From contig CAYIFB010000001.1 of NCBI GenBank assembly GCA_964362665.1, forward strand, positions 48,308-112,307: DNA of 64,000 nt, in the 5' to 3' direction. Both the position numbers and the translations under genes were made by a program. Under the pieces are notes generated by a model. That model did no database searches, was not told where the DNA came from, and saw nothing but the letters and a program-made list of their open reading frames with translations. This stretch comes from an uncultured Gammaproteobacteria bacterium. GTDB lineage: Bacteria > Patescibacteriota > Microgenomatia > 2-02-FULL-39-11. Of this stretch, positions 29,470-37,964 are shown in pieces; positions within the stretch are counted from its first letter, which is position 1, and each line of letters starts with the position of its first letter.

Positions 29470-30644
29470 TTAAAAATATGAACATAGCTCTTATTGTTTA
29501 CTCAAATTATTCAAGCGATGCCAGGGTGAGAAGATATGCAGAAGTTTTGGCAGAAGACGGTCATCTGGTTGATGTAATCTGTCTAAGGGAAAATTATATA
29601 CCCAAAGAGAAGAAAATAAGACTGATTCAATATCCTATCAGACGCATAAGGCGTGGAATATCTTGGTACGTTATTGATTATTTTATGTTTTTTCTATACT
29701 CGTTTTTTATTTTGTCAATAAATTATTTTTCTAAAAAATATAAAATTGTACACGTCAATAATATGCCTGATTTTCTAGTTTTTACCGCAATCGTTCCCAA
29801 AATTCTTGGAAGTAAAATAATTCTGGATATGCACGATCCCATGCCGGAATTATATATGTCTAAATTCCATGTGAATGATAATAATATTTTTGTAAGATTA
29901 TTGAAGATTGTAGAGAAAACAGCTTTTCTTTTTGCTGATAAAGTTATAACTGCAAATGATGTATTTCGACAGCTATTTTTATCAAGAAATGATATTACAG
30001 ATAACCATATAAGCGTGATCTTAAACTGCCCGGATAATAATATTTTTAATAATAATTTTAAAAGAATAATAAAGGATAAATATTTTAACGTAATCTATAT
30101 GGGAACAGTTGATGATAGATTCAGAATTGATTTGACTATTAGTACAATGCCAGTTCTTATCAAAAAAATTCCTAATATCCGATTGGTAATTATTCCAAAA
30201 ATTGAGGAAGAAGGAATATATTTTCAAAATCTGAAAAAATCGGTAACAGAGAAAAAACTTGAAAATTTTGTGATATTTAAAAAACCTTTACCTTTAGAAA
30301 AGATTGCTGAAGAATTAAAATCCGCTGATATAGGCATAGTTTTAGCGGATAATAATGTTTTTACCGATAAGATATTTCCGGTAAAATTATTGGAATTTAT
30401 TCAGATGAAAATACCTATTATTGCTACAAAAACAAAATTGCTAGGTAAATATTTTACTGATAAAGAAATATTTTTTCTCCCGGAGAATTCGGTTGATGAA
30501 TTTTCAAAAGCGGTGACTGCATTATTTAACAACCCTCGTTTGCGAGGTCAACTAACCACGAACGCCAATAAATATTTATTGGTTAATAATTGGCGAAATG
30601 AACAAGTGAAATATATTAAAATCGTACGAAATTTAATTGAATAA
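29460..30644 (+). CDS. Glycosyltransferase family 4
   Basis: DARVRR; HVNNMPD; DMHDPMPE; PVKLLEF. Confidence 0.9.
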   Translation: MVLIKNMNIALIVYSNYSSDARVRRYAEVLAEDGHLVDVICLRENYIPKEKKIRLIQYPIRRIRRGISWYVIDYFMFFLYSFFILSINYFSKKYKIVHVNNMPDFLVFTAIVPKILGSKIILDMHDPMPELYMSKFHVNDNNIFVRLLKIVEKTAFLFADKVITANDVFRQLFLSRNDITDNHISVILNCPDNNIFNNNFKRIIKDKYFNVIYMGTVDDRFRIDLTISTMPVLIKKIPNIRLVIIPKIEEEGIYFQNLKKSVTEKKLENFVIFKKPLPLEKIAEELKSADIGIVLADNNVFTDKIFPVKLLEFIQMKIPIIATKTKLLGKYFTDKEIFFLPENSVDEFSKAVTALFNNPRLRGQLTTNANKYLLVNNWRNEQVKYIKIVRNLIE

Positions 30645-30660
30645 TATTATATATACTTGA

Positions 30661-32010
30661 ATGCAAAAGAAGTATTTTTATCTCGGGCTGATTTTATTTT
30701 TTTTAATTACCTACCTCTCTCCCGGCAAAGTCATCTATTTCAGTGCGTATCTCGTCAGCACTTTTTTTTTCTATTTGGCGACCAAAAAAATTACCGAGAG
30801 TTTGATTTATTCTCTGATATTATCTTTATTTTTTGATTCTAGTATTGGAGCGAGTCTGTTTGCTATGCAGCCTCCCGAATGGAATTTGGGATCGGGTTAT
30901 GCGATTACACCGACTACATTAATATTACTCTCATTAATACCTTTTTCATTTAACAAAACATTCAGTAAGTTAAAAGCGCCGGATATAATAATTGCGATAT
31001 TTTATTGTATTAGTGTTTTTAATGTTTTCCTATTCCCCTATCCCAATTCCTTTTTCGGTTTAATCGGAATTAGTGAGTTTGTACTTTTATATTATATTTT
31101 AAGGATACATGTGAAAATTGAGCAGTTTGATTTTATAAAAATTATCCTTCTTAGTCTTTTGTGTTTTCAGATAACGATTGCAACAATACAGATTGTCAGA
31201 GGTACTTCCGCCGGATTTTTAGCTGAATCATCAAATCTAGAGCGCCCATACGGATATACGGCCAGCGAAGATGTAAATATTTTCCGTGTACCGGGAACCT
31301 TCGGACATCCGAATTTTCTGGCTTCATTTCTTCTGTTGGGAGTTTCATTTGTATTATTTAGTTCCCCTAGTAGTATTTTATATCTAGGATTGGGTGCATT
31401 AGATTTGGTGGTATTAATCTTTACTTCCAGCCGTGCAGCCTGGTTTATCTTTATGCTTATTATTGCTTTTTGGATTTGGTATCAGTTAAAAATTCTAAAA
31501 AAATCGGATAAAATAAGAACCACTTTAACTATATTTATTTTAATTATTGTTTTATTAATTCCTTTTATTATTACCCGCCTCAACACATTACCGCAGGCAT
31601 TTGATCCAAATGGGTCTGTAGATGTGCGCTATCAACTTAATAATGAAGCAATTAACATCATTTCCAAAAATCCAATAACCGGTGTCGGATTAAATAGAGC
31701 GATAGAATTTTACAGTAATTTTTTTTCGCCGGATGCCCTTCTTAGTATTATTGATGGTAGTTTTTATAAAATACATAATACTATTTTGGAAATTAGCACG
31801 GAGATAGGGGTTTTTGGAGGAATTATATTTTTAGCATTTTTCTTTACCATTTTTAAAACCGGGCTGAAATATATTCATGAAAAAAATAATTTTAAAATAG
31901 CTGCAACGATGGGACTTTTTGGAGTATTTTGTATTTCACTTTTTAATCCTTTCTTTCACACCCCACAAATGCGCTATCTTTTCCTCCTCTCCGCGATGAT
32001 TCTGGCGTGA
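30661..32010 (+). CDS. O-antigen ligase/Wzy_C-family membrane protein
   Basis: RVPGTFGHPN; TSSRAAW; PITGVG; IHNTILEISTEIG. Confidence 0.9.
   Translation: MQKKYFYLGLILFFLITYLSPGKVIYFSAYLVSTFFFYLATKKITESLIYSLILSLFFDSSIGASLFAMQPPEWNLGSGYAITPTTLILLSLIPFSFNKTFSKLKAPDIIIAIFYCISVFNVFLFPYPNSFFGLIGISEFVLLYYILRIHVKIEQFDFIKIILLSLLCFQITIATIQIVRGTSAGFLAESSNLERPYGYTASEDVNIFRVPGTFGHPNFLASFLLLGVSFVLFSSPSSILYLGLGALDLVVLIFTSSRAAWFIFMLIIAFWIWYQLKILKKSDKIRTTLTIFILIIVLLIPFIITRLNTLPQAFDPNGSVDVRYQLNNEAINIISKNPITGVGLNRAIEFYSNFFSPDALLSIIDGSFYKIHNTILEISTEIGVFGGIIFLAFFFTIFKTGLKYIHEKNNFKIAATMGLFGVFCISLFNPFFHTPQMRYLFLLSAMILA
31951..32010 (+). repeat. 3' end of the ligase gene, copy A
   Basis: 31979-32010 equals 32576-32607 (32 bp); 31951-31992 equals 33024-33065 (42 bp). 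Confidence 0.92.
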
Positions 32011-32048
32011 TAGAAAAAACTAGTTATTTATGGTAAACTATTTTAAAC

Positions 32049-32318
32049 ATGAAGATAGTAAAAAAGGTATTTGAATACGAGTTACCCATAAAAGTCCAGA
32101 AAGAAAAAGACGGTTATATTGCCACTTGTCCGATCTGGAATGCTTGTTATGTTCAAGGAGATACCATTGATGAGGTAACGGCAGAAATTACCACAGTTGC
32201 CCAGGTGTTAATCGATATTTATAAAGAGGAAAATTTAGCTATTCCCCTAAAAAAGGTAAATGAACAATCCGTAAAAGAAAAATTCTCTTTCACCCTACCA
32301 GTGCTCGTATCTGCATGA
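32049..32318 (+). CDS. hicB: HicB-family antitoxin (short, no obvious DNA-binding domain)
   Basis: DGYIATCP....CYVQGDTIDE pattern; ATGA overlap with hicA. Confidence 0.85.
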   Translation: MKIVKKVFEYELPIKVQKEKDGYIATCPIWNACYVQGDTIDEVTAEITTVAQVLIDIYKEENLAIPLKKVNEQSVKEKFSFTLPVLVSA

Positions 32319-32533
32319 AGATTCCACCTCTTTCCTATAGGGACGTAATACACAAAGCAAGAAAAGCAGGGTTCGTATTCAGAAGAGCAACTGGCGGGAC
32401 TCATGAAATTTGGTGGAATGAGAAGAAAAGGAAAACCGCAGTTATTCCTCACCATCATGAAATCCGTCCCGGAACCATTAGAAGTATTATCAAACAACTG
32501 GGGATAACCGATAAAGAATTCTTAAAATTATGA
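32315..32533 (+). CDS. hicA: HicA-family mRNase toxin
   Basis: KAGF..R..GGTHEIW...IPHH.EI.PGTIRSIIKQ. Confidence 0.9.
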   Translation: MKIPPLSYRDVIHKARKAGFVFRRATGGTHEIWWNEKKRKTAVIPHHHEIRPGTIRSIIKQLGITDKEFLKL

Positions 32534-32562
32534 GAAATTCATATCCCTTCTTGCTGATCAAC

Positions 32563-32607
32563 CAAATGAGGTACTTTTTCCTCCTCTCCGCGATGATTCT
32601 GGCGTGA
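32563..32607 (+). repeat. 3' end of the ligase gene, copy B
   Basis: Encodes QMRYFFLLSAMILA* versus QMRYLFLLSAMILA* in the intact gene. Confidence 0.9.
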
Positions 32608-32662
32608 ATTGATATGTTTTGAAGTAGTTGATTTAACTTATTTCACATGCCAGAATATACTT

Positions 32663-33019
32663 ATGATAACAAAAAATGATCTAGGACAATTAAGGAAAGG
32701 TTTAGGGAAAGAAATTGGTGATTCGGCAAATAAACTGAAAGAAGAATTAAAAGCGGAAATCAATGCTTCAGCAAAAAGTCTCAGAAAAGAATTCAAAGAG
32801 GATATCGAAACCGCAGTAGTTCAAGTTATTAATGCAGTTATCAAACACACTGCCTCAAAAGAGGAGTTAAAGAGAGTTAAGGGAGAATTGAGTGAAAAGA
32901 TTGATACTATAAAATCAGAATTAAGTTCAGAAATAAAAGCCGATACTCCTACCCCGCAGGAATTTACAAGTCACGAAAAGAGAATAAGTAAATTGGAATC
33001 TGCTGTGTTTCCTTCTTAA
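32663..33019 (+). CDS. Hypothetical coiled-coil protein
   Basis: MITKNDL...ASKEEL...HEKRISKLE; heptad pattern. ATG 32663 preferred over TTG 32609. Confidence 0.7.
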   Translation: MITKNDLGQLRKGLGKEIGDSANKLKEELKAEINASAKSLRKEFKEDIETAVVQVINAVIKHTASKEELKRVKGELSEKIDTIKSELSSEIKADTPTPQEFTSHEKRISKLESAVFPS

Positions 33020-33023
33020 ATCC

Positions 33024-33065
33024 TTCTTTCACACCCCACAAATGCGCTATCTTTTCCTCCTCTCC
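33024..33065 (+). repeat. 3' end of the ligase gene, copy C
   Basis: 42 bp identical to 31951-31992; continues as STLILS rather than SAMILA. Confidence 0.92.
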
Positions 33066-33148
33066 ACTCTTATCTTAAGCCAGGAATGTACATTACCAGT
33101 ACGAACGTATAGTCATTTACCGGGAGAAAGTGATATACTTGGCTAATT

Positions 33149-33412
33149 ATGCTCAACTGGAATGTTGATGAGAAAAGGTTTATAAAAGAAGACCCGGAGG
33201 GGTATAAACGCTGGAGGATCGAACAACTGATAAATTACGGTCTGGATGGAGAAAAACTGGACAAGGATGAGGTAAAAAAAGCCTGGCCCATGATAAAAGA
33301 GAACATTGATCCGTATAAGCGCAGGCTTATAGAATATATCTTATGGGAAAAACTATACTTACTCCCACTCAACGGAAATTTCTGGAGTGCATCCAGAATT
33401 ACGAAGAGATAA
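33149..33412 (+). CDS. Small putative antitoxin partner of AbiEii (DUF6922-like)
   Basis: WNVD...IEQLINYG; homologous to 10457-10699. Confidence 0.75.
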   Translation: MLNWNVDEKRFIKEDPEGYKRWRIEQLINYGLDGEKLDKDEVKKAWPMIKENIDPYKRRLIEYILWEKLYLLPLNGNFWSASRITKR

Positions 33413-33990
33413 CCCGCTGGTTTTATCTGACCGGTGGAACTGCTCTTTCGGAAGATATTGATCTGTTTTCTACAAGTGAAGTAGATGATAAGACTATTGA
33501 TAAATTTTTGGATGATATTCGTCCACAACTGCAAATTACTTCAATAAAAAAAGACCATATTTCAGGATTGTTCTTATATAAATTAACTTTTTCAAACGGA
33601 GAAACATTGAAAGTTGATTTTAATGAATATGCATTTGAACCAATTGAAAAAAGTACTAAAAATTTCGGGAAATTACAGGTAGACAGTTTCTACGATATAG
33701 CAGTAAATAAAGCCTATACCATATCGGGACGCTTTAAATCTCGTGATTTTATCGATCTCTATTTTATCCTCATTCGAGAGGAATTCTCTTTTGAACAAAT
33801 TCTTTCGCGTGTACCAGATAAATTTGGAGTGCAGATCGATTCAGTATTTTATGCAAGCCAACTTCTTCGGGCAGGTGATTTGCCAAAAGATTATCCCCCT
33901 ATGCTTGTCCCTTTTGAATTTGATGATATGGTGAAGTTTTTTGTGAAAGAAGCAAAACGATTGGGAAAAAAGGCTTTTAAGAACCCTTGA
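33343..33990 (+). CDS. AbiEii-family nucleotidyltransferase with an in-frame deletion in the catalytic motif
   Basis: LTGGTALSEDIDLF (lacks the xYLHHRxS segment), DIAVNK, RDFIDLY. Confidence 0.85.
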   Translation: MGKTILTPTQRKFLECIQNYEEITRWFYLTGGTALSEDIDLFSTSEVDDKTIDKFLDDIRPQLQITSIKKDHISGLFLYKLTFSNGETLKVDFNEYAFEPIEKSTKNFGKLQVDSFYDIAVNKAYTISGRFKSRDFIDLYFILIREEFSFEQILSRVPDKFGVQIDSVFYASQLLRAGDLPKDYPPMLVPFEFDDMVKFFVKEAKRLGKKAFKNP

Positions 33991-34028
33991 TTTCCGATCT
34001 TATTATATTTATACTGAAGTTAGCGACT

Positions 34029-34532
34029 ATGTATCGAACCCTAAAAATTCTATTTGTAATTTTGTTGGTTCTGACGATTACAGAAGCAGGATATTATATT
34101 TACGTATTAAAATATCCTATTAAACCAGCCCAAAATAACCCCTCATTAGCTCCAAGTATATCTTCCGATCAAAAAATTGACAGGAGTGCATATCTTTTTG
34201 ACCAGATTACAGCCTCTGATCCTTATCAGTTCGTAAAACACTTCGGTATGAATGATAATCAGAATTTATATTTAATTCTTGAGCAAAAAGGAATTGCACA
34301 GATAGATAAATCCGATGACGGTAAAGACATATATCTCACCATACAAAACGATCAGCATAAAAAAATCGTAAGCATTAATATAGTCAATTCCCTGAAAATT
34401 ACGAAGATAGTAAAGGGTGAAAAAACTCCGATTAGCAAGGACCAAATTAAAACCGGAGACAATATTCTTTATACCCTGAAAGGTGATTTAGTTGACCAGA
34501 AAAAAAGCAGTGGAGAAATTACAATCTTATGA
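34029..34532 (+). CDS. Membrane-anchored partner protein A (beta-rich C-terminal domain)
   Basis: N-terminal TM; SKDQIKTGDNI motif; ATGA overlap with the peptide gene; N-terminus shared with 36317-36877. Confidence 0.75.
   Translation: MYRTLKILFVILLVLTITEAGYYIYVLKYPIKPAQNNPSLAPSISSDQKIDRSAYLFDQITASDPYQFVKHFGMNDNQNLYLILEQKGIAQIDKSDDGKDIYLTIQNDQHKKIVSINIVNSLKITKIVKGEKTPISKDQIKTGDNILYTLKGDLVDQKKSSGEITIL
34069..34180 (+). repeat. 112-bp direct repeat, copy 1
   Basis: Identical to 36357-36468. Confidence 0.95.
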
Positions 34533-34729
34533 GAAAAAATCCCTTTGCTCCTTATTGTAAGCCCAAAATTAATACGAAAAAGATCAACTTTCTTGTTATG
34601 TTTGGGCATTCATTTCCTGATGAGAACGGTTATCTAGCACAAGTTTGTGATTGTGGAGCGCCATGCTACGGCAATGTTATAGGGAGACCCTGTTATTGTC
34701 TGAATGGGACGGGGGGATGTTCTAGCTAG
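34529..34729 (+). CDS. Cys-rich putative RiPP precursor peptide A
   Basis: Leader YCKPKINTKKINF...NGYLA; putative core with 6 Cys ending CSS. Confidence 0.75.
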   Translation: MRKNPFAPYCKPKINTKKINFLVMFGHSFPDENGYLAQVCDCGAPCYGNVIGRPCYCLNGTGGCSS

Positions 34730-34731
34730 GT

Positions 34732-35547
34732 CTAAGCACTGTTGTTTATCTTAAGTAATTCGCATATCTTTTCTTCATTTTTGGCAAAATAAAGAAGATA
34801 AAACCTCGGATTAGACTTGACGAAATTCATAATCGTCTTGATCTGACTTCTCATATCTTTTTCAAGACTCCATGTTTGGGCTGAAATTAGAGTGATAATT
34901 TTATTATTATTTTTCAACTGTATCAACCGGCAATCTTTTGCTTTACGCAGAAAATAAATGCTTTCAATAGGATATCGTTTAAAAGTTTTTTTGATCCATT
35001 TGTACTTTTCCACCACCGGTGATTGATAAAAATAGAAACTATTATTTTCCTTAATGATAATACCGCTTTCATCAACAAGGGGGATCGACTGTCTTCTCGT
35101 CAGATTTAAGATGGTCGATTTGCCGGCTCCGGAAGGGCCGACAAACACATGTGCTTTTCCGTCAATTTCTACAGCTGAACAGTGAAGAAAGAAACCATTA
35201 TTCTTTAAAAGAGCATTCTGAACGACGCGAAGTAAAAGCGTGATGAAGTGATTGATACTGATATGAAGATAGGTGAAAACCTTATTATTCTTCACATGAT
35301 AAAAAGCGAGAGTGAAATAAGGCAGTTTTAGCTTTTTTTGAAACACGTAAGGGGCAGAAGGTAAAAAGTTTATTTCTGTGAGGCATTTTTTGCCTCTTTG
35401 ACCTTTTACAATAAAACCCGCATAAATATTGTTAATTTTTTCCCGGATATTATTTACCGGATTTTTACCCTGCGTCGGGGCAAACTTCAGTTTGATGAGA
35501 AAACCTGCAATGTAAAAATACAAAACATTTTTTTTCATATACTTCAA
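34732..35547 (-). CDS. HPr-kinase-related P-loop kinase 1
   Basis: FFLHCSAV; GPSGAGKST; FYQSP; IYFLRKA. Confidence 0.8.
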   Translation of the reverse strand: MKYMKKNVLYFYIAGFLIKLKFAPTQGKNPVNNIREKINNIYAGFIVKGQRGKKCLTEINFLPSAPYVFQKKLKLPYFTLAFYHVKNNKVFTYLHISINHFITLLLRVVQNALLKNNGFFLHCSAVEIDGKAHVFVGPSGAGKSTILNLTRRQSIPLVDESGIIIKENNSFYFYQSPVVEKYKWIKKTFKRYPIESIYFLRKAKDCRLIQLKNNNKIITLISAQTWSLEKDMRSQIKTIMNFVKSNPRFYLLYFAKNEEKICELLKINNSA

Positions 35548-35589
35548 GATTGAGAAGATATAAAAAATACAGTATTATCCTCTTGATAT

Positions 35590-35709
35590 ATGAATAAAAT
35601 CATCAGGATGATTAGATTTAAGCGTAAATTCTGTATTAAAGCAACTGGTAACAGCATGCTGCCTCTTCTTTTCTCGGGAGACGTATTATACCTAAAAAAA
35701 TTCACTTAA
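35590..35709 (+). pseudogene. 39-codon stub of an S24/S26 peptidase (paralogue of the 37965 gene)
   Basis: MNKIIRMIRFKRKFCIKATGNSMLPLLFSGDVLYLKKFT* aligns with FWLKCEGISMLPLLRPGDILFFKK. Confidence 0.8.
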
Positions 35710-36228
35710 AGACGTCTGAAAAAACCTATATTCCCCTTTTTCTTTTTATATAATATTTAAGTCATCACCCAGCGGATGGTATTCGTCTTTGAGTAAATTT
35801 AAAATAGTGGTTTTTCCTGCACCTGAATTACCCAAGAAAACATAAGCTTTATGATTGATACATACTGAAGATGCATGCAGAAGAAATCCTCCTTCTTTTG
35901 CCAAAATGTCTTCGATAGCGTCGCGAAAAAGCAGGTTAAACTCCCCCAGATTCACGTGATAGTAAATTTCGCGATTATTGGAATCTATTTTTCTGCATGC
36001 CTTAAGGTAAATAAATTCATTTTCCCGGTAAAAGATACTGGGTTCACGAAAATCCACAAAGTGGATGATATGTAGAGGATTTTTTTTAGATATCGAAAAA
36101 TTCTTCAAATTAAAGATGACGTTTTCGATAAATTTCTCCCGATGCAGGATAAAAATGCTTTCATGAAACCTGAATTCCAGCACCATCCCTGCAATTTTGA
36201 AAAAATATGAAGAAGTCCCCTTGTTCAT
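35701..36228 (-). pseudogene. Truncated HPr-kinase-related kinase 2
   Basis: LLHASSV; GNSGAGKTT; GDD. A TAA at 35746-35748 is followed in frame by KEKGEYRFFQT, which still aligns with the paralogues, then homology ends. Confidence 0.8.
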
Positions 36229-36316
36229 AATTGTTAATGATACATCAAACGATAGTTTTTCATCAAAACTTGACTAGAATCAATTTTGCGGATATTCTTA
36301 ATAATAGATAGACATT

Positions 36317-36877
36317 ATGTATAAACTATTGAAAATATTATTCGTCTTATTATTGTTTCTGACGATTACAGAAGCAGGATATTATATTTACGTATTAAAA
36401 TATCCTATTAAACCAGCCCAAAATAACCCCTCATTAGCTCCAAGTATATCTTCCGATCAAAAAATTGAGCAGTTGAGAAGTAGCTCATCTATAGTTCCTC
36501 AAGTTACTCAAACAAACTTGCCAACCATACAGCCTCTCATTTCTTCTGATTCGATCACGTATCTTCAGAATATGAAGTTTGTGAAGAATAAAACAATTGT
36601 TGTCACCATCGAAGAGTCAGGATATGTTGATACTATTCAGCTTCAACCAAAGGGGAGTGCAACAGAATTAAAATTAGTTGATGAAAATGGAACCATAATA
36701 TCTGCAATTTCTAGGGATCTTGAATTTTGGAATAAAAATCTATTTAAAAAGATAGCAAACAGTGATGTTCCTTTCAGCATAACTGATCTTAAAAAAGGAG
36801 ACTTTATCATGCATTCATATCAAATGAACATAACAGACAATACAGATAATCATAAGTATGTAGTTATATCAAAATAA
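36317..36877 (+). CDS. Membrane-anchored partner protein B (beta-rich C-terminal domain)
   Basis: N-terminal TM; SITDLKKGD motif; 1 nt gap to peptide B. Confidence 0.75.
   Translation: MYKLLKILFVLLLFLTITEAGYYIYVLKYPIKPAQNNPSLAPSISSDQKIEQLRSSSSIVPQVTQTNLPTIQPLISSDSITYLQNMKFVKNKTIVVTIEESGYVDTIQLQPKGSATELKLVDENGTIISAISRDLEFWNKNLFKKIANSDVPFSITDLKKGDFIMHSYQMNITDNTDNHKYVVISK
36357..36468 (+). repeat. 112-bp direct repeat, copy 2
   Basis: Identical to 34069-34180. Confidence 0.95.
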
Positions 36878-36878
36878 T

Positions 36879-37085
36879 ATGAAGAATAAACAAATATATA
36901 AAAAGCCAGGTATCAAGGTTAAAAAAATTCATTTTAATGTTCTCTTTACCAATTTTAACGATAATTCTTTACTAGCACTAGTAGGACCGGGTCAACTATG
37001 TTGTGGAAATCCTGAACTCTATTGTCCTAGTTCCTGTAGTGGTGGTTGTAGTGTTTGTCCACAAGATGGGTACTGTGCATGCTAG
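36879..37085 (+). CDS. Cys-rich putative RiPP precursor peptide B
   Basis: Leader YKKPGIKVKKIHF...NSLLA; putative core with 8 Cys. Confidence 0.75.
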   Translation: MKNKQIYKKPGIKVKKIHFNVLFTNFNDNSLLALVGPGQLCCGNPELYCPSSCSGGCSVCPQDGYCAC

Positions 37086-37900
37086 TTTTTAACCCTCTTT
37101 CCCATTAGAGTCACGAGCTTGTTTCCCTTATTAAATGAGAGAGAATAAAAATGATTGTGTCTTTGAATAAATGCAAATGCATTTTTTGTCGGCGGTTTCG
37201 TATGAGGGTCAAAAGTGAGAAGCTGTGCGGATAGAAGTGTTATTATTCTGGTAAGATCTTTGATCTTTGTTGTCCGGTAAAATTTTGCTTTGCGTAAAAA
37301 AAATATTCTTCCGACGAGATAATGCTGTTGAGTTTTTTTTATCCAGTCATTTTTTTCCCTGACTGGAGACTGGAATCCATAATATTTTTCTCCTATTTTT
37401 CTTACAATGAGGATGTCATCTGAAAAAGCCTGGAAACGCGGGTGTAAAAGTTTCATAGCCGTAGATTTTCCGCCCTCTGATTTAGCACAAAAGAGGAAAA
37501 GACTATTGTTTACGATTGATGCTGAAGTATGCAGAAGGAATCCGTCAGATCTTGAAGCAAGTGTTTGAAGTGCCGTAAGCAATATTAAATTAAACTGGTT
37601 TATGCTTATATGTTGGAATGAAAGAATTTTATATCTGTGTAATTTAAAAAAATGAAGCAGTCCTAAATTAGCATCTTTTGTTTTTCTCGTGAATATCGAT
37701 GGAAAATGTTGGAATAGATGAATGGTAAAATCTATTTTCGAAAGTTTCTTATTAGTTAGAAAAGCTGAATAGTGTTTTTTGATGTCATTCGATAGAGATT
37801 GATTTATCCAAGAGTCATGAATTTCTCTTTCTTGAGTAGGATTTAGAATAATCCTTATATTAAAGCCTCCGGTATAAAGGTCTATCCTCTGTGTTTTCAT
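37082..37900 (-). CDS. HPr-kinase-related P-loop kinase 3
   Basis: LLHTSAS; AKSEGGKST; FSDD; FQSP; IFFLRKA. Confidence 0.8.
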   Translation of the reverse strand: MKTQRIDLYTGGFNIRIILNPTQEREIHDSWINQSLSNDIKKHYSAFLTNKKLSKIDFTIHLFQHFPSIFTRKTKDANLGLLHFFKLHRYKILSFQHISINQFNLILLTALQTLASRSDGFLLHTSASIVNNSLFLFCAKSEGGKSTAMKLLHPRFQAFSDDILIVRKIGEKYYGFQSPVREKNDWIKKTQQHYLVGRIFFLRKAKFYRTTKIKDLTRIITLLSAQLLTFDPHTKPPTKNAFAFIQRHNHFYSLSFNKGNKLVTLMGKRVKN

Positions 37901-37964
37901 GGATCGTATTATACCTCATACAACCCATTTTCTGATTCTGTTTCAGTGGTATACTTTCTCTGTT

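Noticed and set aside
31951-33065. CRISPR array or classical integron attC sites
   Set aside because: The repeats are unequal fragments of coding sequence ~500-600 bp apart, not palindromic, with no cas or intI gene.
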